Below, piece after piece: positions 1 through 12,878 of a stretch of DNA of 64,000 bases. The notes beneath the pieces were generated by a model. The model was not told where the DNA came from and searched no databases. It saw only the letters and a program-made list of their open reading frames with translations. The translations under genes were made by a program, and so were the position numbers. Within the stretch, counting starts at the first letter, position 1; the number at the start of each line of letters is the position of its first letter. Source of the stretch: Azolla caroliniana. Lineage: Eukaryota > Plantae > Polypodiophyta. The stretch is from assembly GCA_043228905.1 (NCBI GenBank), contig JBHGNT010000022.1:7316001-7380000 (forward strand), written 5' to 3'.

Positions 1-2067
1 CCGGGTGTCTTGGGTACGTGCATGTAGCTAAGGACCAGAGAGGAAAGTTAGACCCAAAGACCCGGCCATGCATATTCCTCGGTTACGGCGACGATGAGTT
101 CGGCTACCGTGTGGGACCCGGTCGACAAGAAGGTGTTCCAAAGTCGAGATATTATCTTCATGGAGGACAAGACGCTCGCCGACTGGGAGTCGGAGAAAAA
201 GATAATGAACTCCGAGTCGACCGGTAAGGATCGATTCTACGATGAGCAGACCCAACCGGCAAGACATCGGTTAGCACTCAAGGGACCAGCCGGTTACGGT
301 GAGGATACCGAACAGGCTGAAGGAAAAGTAGAGGAAGCAGAAACCGGAACCGGCCAAGACCCCGAATCAGATTCGGATGAAGAGCAGAGTGGTGAGCCGG
401 TCACCGAAGCCCAGAGACGGAGATATCCTCTCAGAGAGAGAAGGGTCCATCGGAGATTTCCGGATGCAGAGCATGTTTTGCTGACCGATGAAGGGGAGCC
501 GGAAAGCTTCAAAGAAGCGAAGGATGACACCCACAACTGAAAATGGTTAAGTGCCATGCAGGATGAGATGGATTCCCTGCATGAGAACCATACGTACGAA
601 TTGGTGGAGTTGCCGAAAGAAAAGCGGGCACTCCGAAACAAGTGGGTGTACAAGTTGAAACCGGGAGATGCCGGCGACCCCCCGAGATACCAAGCCAGGA
701 TCGTGGTGAAGGGGTTCCAGCAGAAGAAGAGCGTGGACTTCGACGAGATATTTGCCCCGGTAGTAAAGATGACCTCCATCCGGACGGTGCTGAGTATAGC
801 AGCAAGCATGGACCTCGAGGTAGAGCAGCTGGACGGGAAGACGGCATTCCTTCACAGCGACCTCGAAGAGGAGATCTACATGCAGCAACCGGAAGGATTC
901 GTGGAGAAAGGGAAGGAGCACCTGGTATGCCGGTTGAAGAAGAGCCTGTACGGACTGAAGCAGGCTCCCCGACAATGGTACCGGAAGTTCGACTCCTTCA
1001 TGACCGATCAAGGGTACCACAAGACGCAGGCCGATCACTGCGTGTTTCTGAAGAAGTTCGAAGGAGGTGACTTCTTGATACTCCTTCTGTACGTGGATGA
1101 CATGTTGATCGTCGGACGTGACCAAGTCAAAATACAGATGCTGAAGACGGCTCTCAACCGGACCTTCTCAATGAAAGACTTGGGTCCAGCAAGACATATG
1201 CTGGGGATGCACATCATCCGGAACCGGTCAAAGAAGCAATTATGGCTATCACAGGAGAAGTATGTGACAAAGGTGCTTCACCGGTTCAAAATGTCAGATG
1301 CGAAACCGGTCGGATCGACACTTCCGGCAAACTGCAAGCTATCCGGCAAGCAAAGCTCGAAGACGAAAGCAAAGAAGGCGGATATGATGAAGATCCCATA
1401 TGCCTCTTCCGTCGGGAGCTTGATGTACGCAATGGTGTGTACCCGACCGGATATAGGATACGCAGTCGGACTGGTGAGCCGGTTTATAAGCAATCCCGGC
1501 AAGGAGCACTGGAACGCGGTCAAATGGATACTGCGGTATTTGAAGGGCACTTCAAATATGTGTCTCCGATTCGGCTCCGGAAAACCTCAACTGGACGGTT
1601 TCACCGATTCGGACATGTCGGCTGATGTGGATACCAGCCGGTCTACATCCGGATATGTAATGACATATGTAGGGGGAGCTGTTTTGTGGCAGTCGAGGCT
1701 GCAGAAGACAGTTGCATTGTCAACCACAGAGGCGGAGTACATGGCGGCTGTGGAAGCCGGCAAGGAAATATTATGGATGAAGGACTTCATTGGAGAGCTT
1801 GGTATCCGGCAAGGGGAATACCTACTCTATTGCGACAGTCAAAGTGCCATCCACCTTGCTAAGAATGCGGCCTACCATTCTCGGATGAAGCATATCCAGC
1901 GAAGAGATCACTGGATCCGGGAAAGAGTAGATGACCAGGAGTTCGCGTTGACGAAGATCCACACGGCCGAGAACGGGTCAGATATGCTGACTAAAGTGCT
2001 GATACCCGACAAGCTGGATGCATGCCGGAAGAGAATCGGACTGGTAAGACACCCCATGCCGGAGTGA
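1..2067 (+). pseudogene. Copia pol 3' part (IN C-terminus, RT, RNase H) with a frameshift and a premature stop
   Basis: ORFs 18-227, 94-540 (TGA at 538-540) and 556-2067 carry RVT_2-type motifs (KWVYK, FAPVVKM, LKKSLYGLKQAPRQWY, YVDD). Confidence 0.93.
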
Positions 2068-2077
2068 AGGGGGAGTT

Positions 2078-2806
2078 TGTTCGGAGACAGGTCCCTCCGG
2101 ATGGGAAGGGAGAAGAACAGTGCCGATGAACAAACTCGGCCGAGGCCGAAACCGTATGAGGTGGACCCGGCTACGGAGAGCCGGATGATGCAGACCCGGT
2201 ATGAAGACCGGATGAGGAGTACCCGGCTACGGAGGGCCGGATGGTGCAAACCCGGTATGAACCGGATGAGGAGGACCCGGCTACGGAGAGCCGGATGATG
2301 CAGACCCGGTGTGAAGACCGGATGAGGAGTACCCGGCTACGGAGAACCGGATGAAGAGACATATTCTTAAATATGTTTTCTGATAGTCCATCGAGGAAAA
2401 TAGCCGAAAAGTCATATTAGTATAAATATGACTTAGGGCAAACTAATATGGTAGTTGTTGTCATTTTCTTGTTGGTGCAAGAAGAAGAGAGAGTACATAA
2501 CGTTGTACAGAGAGAGAGAGAGAAAGAGGTTGTTGCCTCTGTTGTAACCGCCGCCTGTGGCGAAGATCGTGAGTCCGAGGTCGTTGCCTCCGTGAACTCA
2601 CTGTTTTGTACATTCTTACATAGTGACAGTTTGCAGCCTGTGGGCTGCCGTGGTTTTTCCCCTAGTTTGGGGTTTTCCACGTAAACCTCCTGTGTAATTT
2701 TTTTTTTTCCCTCTTCTTTGTGTCGCGTCTTATTTCCCGTTTTCTGTGTATCATTCTAAGCTTGGTTGTGGCCGAGCATTGCGCATAAGGAACGACCAGT
2801 TCCCGT
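2078..2806 (+). repeat. Copia family A 3' LTR with ~3.5 copies of a 54-bp tandem unit and (GA)n
   Basis: Homologous to the LTRs at 37922, 40525 and 61458; TATA-like TATAAATA at ~2421. Confidence 0.92.
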
Positions 2807-3450
2807 TGTCGTGAAGAAAACCGTCCACAAGTGGAATCGGTGCACCGGAGCGTAGGAACCGGCTCTTCAAGCACGTACGTCTTATGTTGTACATAAGAGA
2901 GAATTAGGTACATAGAAGATCTTAGGTAGGTAGATTCGGTAGGTAGGAAGTTAATGGGAAACGGCTCCTTTCTGGCCTATAAAAGGAGGGAGACGAGGAG
3001 GAGAGAGGGATCGCGGATAGAGTTGACGAAGTGTTGTCGGATTGTCGGCCGAAGGCTTCTCTCTCTTCCATACTCCGTAGCTCCTTTCTGTGCAGGTTTT
3101 CGGGAGGCTCGCACTGCTCTGAGGAATGCCCGAGTGCTTCCGGCAGCACCTCGAACCTACTCCTTTCTTTCTGAGCATTTACGAACAGGCATCGGCATCT
3201 GTTCGCTGGCATATTCGGTTGTAACCGACTTCGTGCTTCTTGTTGTTTGTCTCTGTTAATATATACATACATACCTTTGTGTCTCTCTGTGTCGGTTTCC
3301 CGCTCGCGTCTTTGTGTCGAAGGGTCGTGTCCCTGTGGATCTACGCTCGCACGTAGTGGGTCCCTTCCCTTCTCCTTTCTCTCTTGCTCTTCAGTTCGAG
3401 ACCCCCGAGGTCCCGCCTCATTCCACGCATCCGCGAGGAATACCTCGACA
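2807..3450 (+). repeat. 5' LTR of the Trp-primed Gypsy
   Basis: Direct repeat of 9188-9831 with TG...CA termini. Confidence 0.95.
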
Positions 3451-3453
3451 TCT

Positions 3454-3471
3454 TGGTGAACCCGACGTGAA
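3454..3471 (+). promoter_or_regulatory. Primer binding site complementary to the tRNA-Trp 3' end
   Basis: TGGTGAACCCGACGTGAA is the reverse complement of TTCACGTCGGGTTCACCA (plant cytosolic tRNA-Trp end), 3 nt after the LTR. Confidence 0.9.
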
Positions 3472-3493
3472 GGAGGTGGCAGAAGAGTAGAAG

Positions 3494-5620
3494 ATGAAGG
3501 GGCCGGATCTTGCAGAGGCCATGGCTTCGGCCGTGAATCGGATATTGAGCGCACGCGAGGGCACCGGCGCCCTCGACAGAGCCATTGAGGCGGTCGTCGG
3601 TACGATCGGCCGGTTCAACAGAAAGGATACCACGAAGTATTTGGCGTCCTACGAGGCAGAAATGCTGATGCGGGACATTCCGGAAGAGAGGCGTCTTGCC
3701 GGGTTCCCTCGAGTGGCGATGCCGAGCATCCATGCGGAGGTGCTCGAGGTGCGGGCGGAGAGCCGTACCTGGGAGGAGTTCGAAGGCCGATTCCTAGGAA
3801 AATACAGGTTGGACGACGCGGTCCGGCTTTCGAAGCGGGACTTCATGGAATGGGTGGAGGCCCCCGGCAAGGGAAGAAACGCGTCGGCACTCCTCCGGGA
3901 GTTTGAGGAACGCTTTGCGCGCCTTTCGGCGCTTGACCGAACCGTTTTGGATACGAGCCGGGTCCTACTGTTCGTCAAGTCGGTGGACGAGCGGGACCGG
4001 GATCAAGTCGGCTCCTTGATAGAAACCGAAGACGGGCTGACGACCGACTAGGCTGCGGTTAAGAGAGTCTGCGGCCGTTTCGACAAACGGCGAGAATGGG
4101 TTGATAACGGGGTGGCCGGTGCGGGCTCTGTCATAGCAAGGAGGCTTGAACCGGCACCGCAAGGGCGAAGGGAAGAGACCCGAGAGTGGCTCGAAACCGG
4201 TTCGGCTTCCACCGGCATGGTCAATGGCTCGTCCGGAGGAGCAACGCTGGAGGAGTTGACGCGGGCGATAAAGGATCTCCAGATCGCCCAGACTCGAAGG
4301 AAAGGCAGCGAACCGGCTCGTGACCGACGGCCGGCAGCAGGGAACAGGTGCATGTGGTGCGACGAGGTCGGCCACATTCGGAAGGACTGCGGCAATTTTG
4401 CAGAGGCATTGAGGAACCGGGTGGTGTACCTGTGGGAAGGTCGGGTGCATGCCAGCGACACCAGAAGGGCCCTAAACCGAAACGAAGGGCGAGGAGGTAT
4501 GAAGAGACTGATGGAAGAGGCAGCGGCCCGACACGTGGAGGCCATCCACTACTCGGCGTCGGTCGGCATTCGGGTCGGGGGCAGCGAGGCCCGGAAGGAG
4601 AGCAAAGACGGATTCTGGTCGGCAATGCTGGAAGGCCTCGCCGGCGCACGGCTGAGGAAAGATGAAGTGGACCGCACTGAGAGACGGGTCCGGGAAATAA
4701 CCGGGTGGAGCGACCCGGTCGAGGAGAAGACGGGCTTCGTAGAAGCCGCCTGCCAGAACTATGAGGCTCTGGTAGAAGACAAACAAGTGGGGAAAGCCGG
4801 AACGGCCGAGCCCTCACAACGATACGAGACCCGATTCGGGCAACGACGGAACGAAGCCGGTGGGTCCAGCGTGCAAGATAACCCCAGGAAGGGCGGATAC
4901 CGACTGGGGACGGAAATAGAAAGGACCACGGACCTACGAAAGGTCCTAGAAGAACGGATCCTTGACAGCAAAGTGGAGCTGTCATTGCGGGAGGTGCTAG
5001 GGATCGCTAAGAAGGAGTTCCACGACTCCATTGTGGACTTGGTGAAGCGGAAGAGGCTGTCGACGGAGACGGAACCGGAAAGACCGGTGGAGGTGCGGAC
5101 GACGCACATCAACGACTTGGCGCTGGAAGATGAGTGGGCGGAGAGCCACTATTCGAGGCCACACTGGGCCCGAGCGACCACGGAGACCCCAGTAAAGATC
5201 GGAGATGTTCAGGAACCGGTGGTGGCACTGGTGGACCATGGTTCGGAAATAAACCTGATGTCCATGAACTTCTATAAGAGGGGAAAGTGGCCGATCAACA
5301 CCAAGCACGGGTGGAAGATACGGGCGGCGACGCGCGCCACCGAGGAACTGCACGGGGCCTGCCCGAACGTGCGAGTCAAGATCGGCGACGTCAAGGTTGA
5401 CCAACACTTCTTCGTACAGGAGACGTCCTCGCACCCGGTCATATTAGGGGAACCCTACATCACGGCGGCGCGAATGGAGACCAAGGTGTTGGACAACGGT
5501 TCGGCCTACGCGAGGGTCAAAAGCCAGGACGGGCGCCATTCGGTTCAATTTCTGACGGTGCGACCGAACCACGAGCGAAACCGCGAATCCCTCGGTGGCG
5601 AGAACCAGGAGGATTTTTAG
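3494..5620 (+). pseudogene. Gag-protease ORF with one premature TAG at 4049-4051
   Basis: Zinc knuckle CMWCDEVGHIRKDC; aspartic protease motif LVDHGSEINLM and VILGEPY; ORFs 3494-4051 and 4112-5620 are in frame. Confidence 0.88.
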
Positions 5621-8600
5621 AGAGGGCTGCCAAGGCGTGGGGCCGAGACAGTACGGACACTCGGGAAAGACCCCACAGCTGTACGATAGAACCGAAACCG
5701 AAGAAACCTTGTACGATAGGCAGAAAATTTTGCTTCTCCAACGATGGAGGGTGTATGATAGTCGGCATCGTTGGCCGAGAAAGGGCAAGGGCGGAGGAGC
5801 GACTTCGAGCGTGCGGAGTTCTCGGCCCGGACGAGGAAATCAGCGGAGCCGTGGAGGCGGTCTCCTTCGACAACACCTTGGGGATGCTGAGGAAGATAGC
5901 CGGAGAAGACCTTAATGAAGACCGGACGATACCGGTATGTTCCGAAGAGATGTACGAAGTCATCGCGAACTTCAATCAGGGGCTCGGGTCGGATCGGACG
6001 GCCCGGGTTAGCACGAAGTACAAGACTGTGGACCGGAAGGTAAGGCCAGTCGTGGCACCCTTACCGGAGGGCAGCGAATCCCGAATCAGAGGGGTTGCGT
6101 CGGACCCCAGTTTACGAGATCCGGTCTGCATAGGACACACCTTCACCGACGGGACGCTCCGGGAGCTCAAAATCGGTGGGAGCGGGTTCCTACTGCCGGC
6201 GGAAGAAGACCGGTTTCGGAGAATGCTCGGAAGGCACGGGAAAGCCTTCGCATTCTCACCGGAAGAGATCGGGTGCGTAGACCCGACAATCGTGGAGCCA
6301 ATGGTGATATTCACGGTACTGCATGTGCCGTGGAATCTCAAGCCGATTCCAGTACCGAGAGCTCACATCCCGAAGTTGATGGAGCTATTGAGGCAGAAAG
6401 TCGATATGGGCATTCTCGAACCGTCAAGTGCCCCATACTCGAACCGATGGTTTACCGTACCAAAGAAAAACGGAACATTGCGCTTCATTCAAGACCTGCA
6501 GCCGGTCAACAGAGTGACCATTCGGAACGCGGGAATCGGACCGACCATAAACGAGTTCGCGGAGGCCTTCGTCGGAAGGTCGATTTATTCAGTCGGTGAT
6601 CTGTACTCGGGGTACGACCAGTTCCAACTAGCCATGGAGAGCAGAGACATTACGACGATGCGAACTCCCCTCGGCCTAGTGCGAATGTGTACCCTGCCAC
6701 AAGGAGGGACCAACTCGGTGGCCCACATGGTGAATGCAATGAACAAGGTACTGAGGGATTGCATCCCGGACATCACCATGCCATTTCTAGACGACATCCC
6801 GATAAAGGGGTGCCCGGTGGAAGAGAAGGACGAGACACTCGGGCCGGACGGATGCCGGCGATTCGTGGCAACACACATCGATGACTGCGAGAGGGTGCTA
6901 CAAAGGCTAGAGGGTGCGAGGCTCACCTTCTCCGGGGAGAAATCGGCCTTCGGGCAATCAGAAATCCTGGTGGTCGGACACCTATGTGGACCATATGGCC
7001 GGAAGTCGTCTCCGGCAAAGGTAGAAGCCATCTCCGCGATGAAGACCGATTGTAGCTCGGTTACGGAAGTTCGGAGGTTCCTGGGGGCATGCGCATTCTA
7101 CCACATATGGATCCAGCATTACGCCCACGTTGCGGAACCGCTATACGGGTTGCTGAAGAAGGGGCGAAAATTTGAGTGGCGGGATGAGCACATGGAGTCG
7201 GTCTGGAAGCTGAAGGAAGCTCTTGCGGCAGCACCGGCGCTCCGGAAGGCTGTCTACGAGAAGGGTACCCCGGTATACATAACGGTGGATACGAGTCCGA
7301 CCGGGATCGGATGGGTCGTCAACCAAGAAGACGAGGACGACATTAGGTTCCCAATCCGATTCGGCGCGAAGGTCCTCAGTGAGCGACAACGAGGGTACGC
7401 CCAGGTTAAACGCGAACTCTGGGGTATCATTTCGGCAGTAAAGGCCGACAAAGACTACCTGATCGGGACAGAAGTGATTATCGAGACAGATTGCCTGCCA
7501 ATTCTCGGCATGGTTTCCGGATGCGCGACACCGGACCTGGCGATGCTCAGGTGGATAGCGTACATCAAGTCCCTGGACCCGGAAATACGACACATTTCCG
7601 GAAAAGACAACGCCATGGCCGACATGCTTTCGAGGGCGAGGTTTGATGACGAGGGCGGCATGGTTTCGGAGGACGAAGAAGTCGGCGTGGACTTCTTCGA
7701 GGCGGCGTACGTGACGACCGATGGGGCGAGCACTCCGGCACTTAACGACTTCGACGAGAGCAAGTACGACGGCGAGTGGCTACAGATCAGTGGGTTTTTG
7801 AGGACAATGACGCCGGATGCGTCATGGACGAGGGACGAGGCCAACCGGATCCGGAAGAAAGCATACTGATTCTTTCTCCGGGACGGATACTTATGGAAGC
7901 ACCCGAAGAAGAGGAACGGCGTCTCGCTCCGGGTGGTGGCGATGAAGGAAGAACAGGAGGAGCTGCTGACGGCCTACCACGACAGCCCTTGGGCTGGACA
8001 CCATGTAACGTGGGCCACGTTTGAGAAGATAAAGGGGAAGTACTGGTGGCCGGGACTGTACCGGGACGTGCATCGGTTCGTGACAACTTGCGAGAGCTGT
8101 CAGATGCACTCCATAGTCCGACATCAGGACGAGCTTCACCCTACATACCCTCCGACCATCCATTTCAAATGGATGGTAGATCTGGTAACGATGCCGATGG
8201 GAGTAGGACAGATGCGGTATCTGGTCCTGGCTCGGGAAGATCTGACGAACCAGGTGGAAGGCCGAGCCCTTCAAAACAAAACGACCGCGGCCGTATGTTG
8301 GTTCCTGATCGAGGACGTGATATGCCGGTACGGGTGCATCGGGAAGATCGTGGCTGATCACGGGGAGTTGGACACCGAAGAGGCCGAGGAGCTGTTCGAC
8401 CGGCTAGGAGTCAAGCTCTCGCTTACCACTGCGTACAATACGGAGGCGAATGGGAAGGTGGAGCGCGGACACGGACCGATCGTCAAGGCGTTAGTTCGGG
8501 CATGCGGAGGGCAAGTCGGGAACTGGCCGCGGCTGCTGCCTTACGCGTTGTGGGCTGACCGAACTACGCACAGTTCGGTAACCGGATTCATGCCGGCAGA

Positions 8601-9114
8601 GCTCATGTTTGGGCAGAAGCCGATCATGCCGATGGAACGTACGATCTCCTCATGGGCAACCGTGGACTGGAGAAACGAGATGAGCCGGGAGGAACTGTTG
8701 GCAGCGCGCATACGACAGCTCGAGCGAAGACCGGAGGACGTGGAGCAGGCTGCGGGAAAGCTTTGGGTGGCAAGGACGTGGAACAAAGCCCGGTTCGACC
8801 GAACGCACCGGCTCCGACCAAAGAAGATCGAGGAAGGCGACTGGGTGCTAGTCTACGACAGTAGCCTCGACAACCAGCACCGAGCAACACGGAAGTTCGC
8901 AAGAAGGTGGTTCGGGCCTTACGTGGTACAAAGCGCCAACGACAACGGGACATACCATCTGGCGGAACTCGACGGCACGAGAATGGCGATACCGATAGCT
9001 GGGAAGCAGATCAAAGCGTTCAAGAAGTGTCACGACGACGAGCCGGATCCGGTTAACCTGGACCGTGACGACGAACGATCCGAAACCAAGGAAGAACCGA
9101 CGGGCAGGGAATGA
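5611..9114 (+). pseudogene. Pol (RT, RNase H, integrase) in the -1 frame relative to gag, with a premature TGA at 7867-7869
   Basis: DLYSGYDQ, LPQG, FLDD, VDTS (RNase H), H..H..C..C zinc finger, MVDL/ADHG/VERGH integrase core, WFGPY. Confidence 0.93.
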
Positions 9115-9170
9115 AGGCTGGACCGGTTTTCTTCGTCCCAACTCAATTTGGCGCATGCCGGTGGATGCGC

Positions 9171-9187
9171 GGTTAGGTGGGGGCGGA
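9171..9187 (+). promoter_or_regulatory. Polypurine tract of the Trp-primed Gypsy
   Basis: GGTTAGGTGGGGGCGGA directly before the 3' LTR; nearly the same motif at 33593-33609 (minus). Confidence 0.8.
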
Positions 9188-9831
9188 TGTCGTGAAGAAA
9201 ACCATCCACAAGTGGAATCGGTGCACCGGAGCGTAGGAACCGTCTCTTCAAGCACGTATGTCTTATGTTGTACATAAGAGAGAATTAGGTACATAGAAGA
9301 TCCTAGGTAGGTAGATTCGGTAGGTAGGGAGTTAATGGGAAACGGCTCCTTTCTGGCGTATAAAAGGAGGGAGACGAGGAGGAGAGAGGGATCGCGGATA
9401 GAGAGGACGAAGTGCTGTCTGATTGTCGGCCGAAGGCTTCTCTCTCTTCCATACTCTGTAGCTCCTTTCTGTGCAGGTTTTCGGGAGGCTCGCGCTGCTC
9501 TGAGGAATGCCCGAGTGCTTCCGGCAGCACCTCGAACCTACTCCTTTCTTTCTGAGCGTTTACGAACAGGCATCGGCATCTGTTTGCCAGCCTGTTCGGT
9601 TGTAACCGACTTCGTGCTTCTTGTTGTTTGTCTCTGTTAATATATACATACATACCTTCGTGTCTCTCTGTGTCTGTTTCCCGCTCGCGTCTTTGTGTCG
9701 AAGGGCCGTGTCCCTGTGGATCTACGCTCGGACGTAGTGGGTCCCTTCCCTTCTCCTTTCTCTCTTGCTCTTCGGTTCGAGACCCCCGAGGTCCCGCCTC
9801 ATTCCACGCATCCGCGAGGAATACCTCGACA
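9188..9831 (+). repeat. 3' LTR of the Trp-primed Gypsy
   Basis: Direct repeat of 2807-3450. Confidence 0.95.
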
Positions 9832-9896
9832 CCGTCAATAACACAGTTGTTGGCGACCACGATTCTTGCACAAACGCAGCGAACAGTGGCGGGAAT

Positions 9897-12878
9897 GGAT
9901 GACTAGACCAACGAACGACCCGGTTACGGAGCAAGCAAGAAGACTTACCGAACGATTGCGGAAGCAAGAGGCTTTCCAACAAGCGGCAGAAGAGATCCGT
10001 GCTGATCGATCATTTTCCAAAGTAATCTGGCGAGTGGCGGCGGAGTCACTCTTCGTGCAGCTAACTCCCCACCCGGACGAAGGAAGCAGCTTGAGCAATC
10101 TCCGGGACGCGGAATCTATTCTACAAACATTAGCGACAGGGGAAGGCGATTCAGAACCGTTGTCGTGCTTTTTGGCGCCGGATCATTGTGTGAGTCGGGT
10201 GGGAACCACTGGGGTTTTAGACTAGGAGAAGGAAGAATTTGAGACAAGTTTATAGTTATGGATAGATTATTAGAAAGAGAGATCGAAATTTCGTGAATCC
10301 CACGAGTGTATTGTATTCGATTAATCAATATTTAGATAAGAATATGTATTTAGATTGAAAGAAAGAGATTAAAATGAACTTGTGAATCCCACAAGTATAG
10401 ATTATGTCGTGAATCCCCCGAATATAGTTTGTTAATTGGTGTTTTAGGAAATATATCCAATTTCCCAAATATTTCACCCCCCCCCCCCCCCCCCAGATTA
10501 CATTGTGCTCCCCATCCTTATGTAGTGATGAGGGAGTCTTAGCATTCCATGCTTTTTCTTCTCTAACTATAGACTCCATGCTTTTCCTATAGATAGACTA
10601 TATGCTTTTGCTAACTTGTGCGTTTTTTATCAACTATAGCGTTCATGCACACTATATGTGCATGCGTAGTTTTTTTTTTTTTTTAGCATGCATTTTCTTT
10701 TAACTAAAGTTTATCCTAGGTGAACTAACCTTTCTATGTGGAACATCTATTTTTTAACACTAATGAAATGCTAGTGCAATGGTAAGACATTACATTATTA
10801 ACATGGAGTTGCAAAGTTTGAATCTTGCTCTATGCATGTAATGCTTATTTTGATATTTTCTTCATTTTTTTCTTCATATTTATTCAATCGGTTATTTTAT
10901 ATTATTTTCATGTAGTGTACGAAATACACTACAACACCGTTCTCGGCCCTTGAATCGGATTCGGACGGCGAATGCAACGCCCATTCGAATTACCGTAGCA
11001 GACACCCCATACGGATTGGAGGACGAGCAGTCGAATACCTTGCCGACACCAGAACCAGAGTTAACGGAACTGGAAGCCCCAGACCGGCAAGTGGCGGATC
11101 AACTTCTGACATCGTCACGTGAAACACCGAAAGAAGAGGAGGGGAGACCTCTAACACCACCAGCCCGTGTTCCGACACCAGACGACGACATGTCGTTCCA
11201 ATATCCCAAGTACCAGGATGATCCAGACGCAGAAGCTCATGTCTATGCTTTTCTACAAACATGGGAAGCAAACCATGTGTCGCAATGCTTGACCGCCGCC
11301 GAAGCAGAACGCTCAAAGATTGCAAAGTTCGGCATGACCTTGGAAGGACCAACCGCGCGATTGGGCTTGATGCACCCTCCTGGCACCATCACGACGTTTG
11401 AGGACTTAAAAACCAGATTTTTACAATTCTTCACCAAGGACGTGGATCATCGGGAGATGGTCGGCCTATTCTACACTATACGGCAGGAACCTACGGAAAC
11501 CATTCAGCAATTCGTAATCTGGTTCCAGCGAATGCACAACTAGCTCAATTGGGCACCATCGGAAGCAGAAGCTAAAGCAATATTCCTAGCAGCACTTCGG
11601 GAACCCCTGCGTACGGTGTGCGCAGTGATTGATTTCCGCACTAGCACGATCGACCAAGTCATAGACCGGGTCAGGGAGATGGAGAAAACAAGCTCGTGGC
11701 TAACAATGGGGGCGCTCCAGCATACATTACCGACAGCAGATGACCTATGTTTTCGGCAAGCTATACAATGTACGACTTGTCTCAATGCCGGGCTCTCGGC
11801 AATAGAATGTACCATGCGAACACAGTGCATATTATGCCATTCTAGGGCGCACACCATGGACCGATGCGAATATAACTTGTTGAACCGGCAAGCGGCACCA
11901 GTAAGGCAAATCGAACCCCGGAGTAACCGGGAGGAGGAAGAAGAACGTTGGCGGCGAGATGAGCGTTACCGGCCGGTGCAAGATGTCCGGTACAGCGACA
12001 AAAAAGACACTCACAACCGAGACCGGCAGGATAGCTACTGGGATTACAACGGTGATCGATATGAGCGATACAACTGGGATCACTCCCCCGGTTACAACCA
12101 ACGGAGGGAGGATCAAGGCAATTATGAAAACCGGCCCCAACAGGGTTACCGGAACAAAAAACGCTTCAACAAAAAATAGAACGCTAGAAAGGAGGACCAC
12201 CAATGGCATTCGGACAAGGGCACACCAAGTACCCAACTGGATCAAGGCCAAGCACCTAACCGACCACCAATAGGACCTCAACCGGGTACCGGAGCAAATG
12301 CCGAATCCAGCAACACCCGGAAACCATACTGCTACTATTGCCGGCATGAAGAACATTACAGTAATCAATGTGCGGTTAAAAGTTACGAGAAACAACTAGC
12401 AGTAAATATGGTGGTAGCATAAGTCGCCAACATACAACAAGTCACCACTAGGTCCAAAGGCAAAACAACGGAGTGGGAAACACAGGAGGCAATCCGAAAG
12501 CAAGCCATAGAGTGGGTGAAGAAGGCAAATGAGCGGAATGTGGCTGAGCTTGAACAACAAAAGGACAAACCGAAAGAGGCCACCGACACGATTTAGCCGG
12601 AAAACCCAACATGGCAAGCGTTACAAGAATGTCAAATTATGTTTCCATTGGGTCGGTTATTATAGCTAGTGCCCCGATTTACGGAAGGGCTGACATCAGG
12701 AATGACCACATCAAACCCGTTGCCGGCTCCTGCGTTTTTCTCAAATCCACAAGAAGGGCCAGCAGTGGTTGACACGAACAGTTCGGCAATCACCGCCATC
12801 GTCAAAGGACAAGAACAACTAGGGACGATTGTGGACGAAGGATCGGGCGTGAACGTGATTAGTCTATGGACTTGTAAT
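9897..12878 (+). pseudogene. Gag and N-terminal protease of the host Athila-like element, interrupted at 10161-10936
   Basis: YPKYQDDPDAEAHVYAFLQTWEANH, CTTC..C..CILC zinc motifs and IVDEGSGVNVI; homologous to the 52346-57925 ORF; several stops. Confidence 0.88.
10161..10936 (-). mobile_element. Solo LTR (776 bp) probably related to the Trp-primed Gypsy lineage, 4-bp TSD CCGT
   Basis: TGTCG...CAACA termini, CCGT on both sides (10157-10160, 10937-10940); removing it restores host gag E-P-F-S-A. Shares GGGA(A)CCAC(T)GGGG..T.GACTAGG with the LTR at 32850. Orientation is inferred from that similarity. Confidence 0.75.

Larger units (their letters stand above)
2807..9831 (+). mobile_element. Full-length Ty3/Gypsy element (non-chromovirus; Selgy/Phygy-like or fungal-type), tRNA-Trp primed, 4-bp TSD CCGT
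   Basis: 644-bp LTRs at 2807-3450 and 9188-9831 (TGTCG...CGACA, roughly 20+ mismatches by eye). CCGT at 2803-2806 and 9832-9835. Order gag-PR-RT-RH-IN. Confidence 0.95.
1..9837 (+). mobile_element. Ty1/Copia LTR retrotransposon (family A), 3' half; its 3' LTR is interrupted 2 bp from its end by a Gypsy insertion
   Basis: Integrase C-terminus (KLDPKTRPCIFLGY), RT (LLYVDDML) and RNase H (ALSTTEAEY). PPT GAAGGGGGAG at ~2066-2075. The LTR starts TGTT at 2078; the family terminus TTCCCGTCA is split into 2800-2806 and 9836-9837. Confidence 0.95.
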
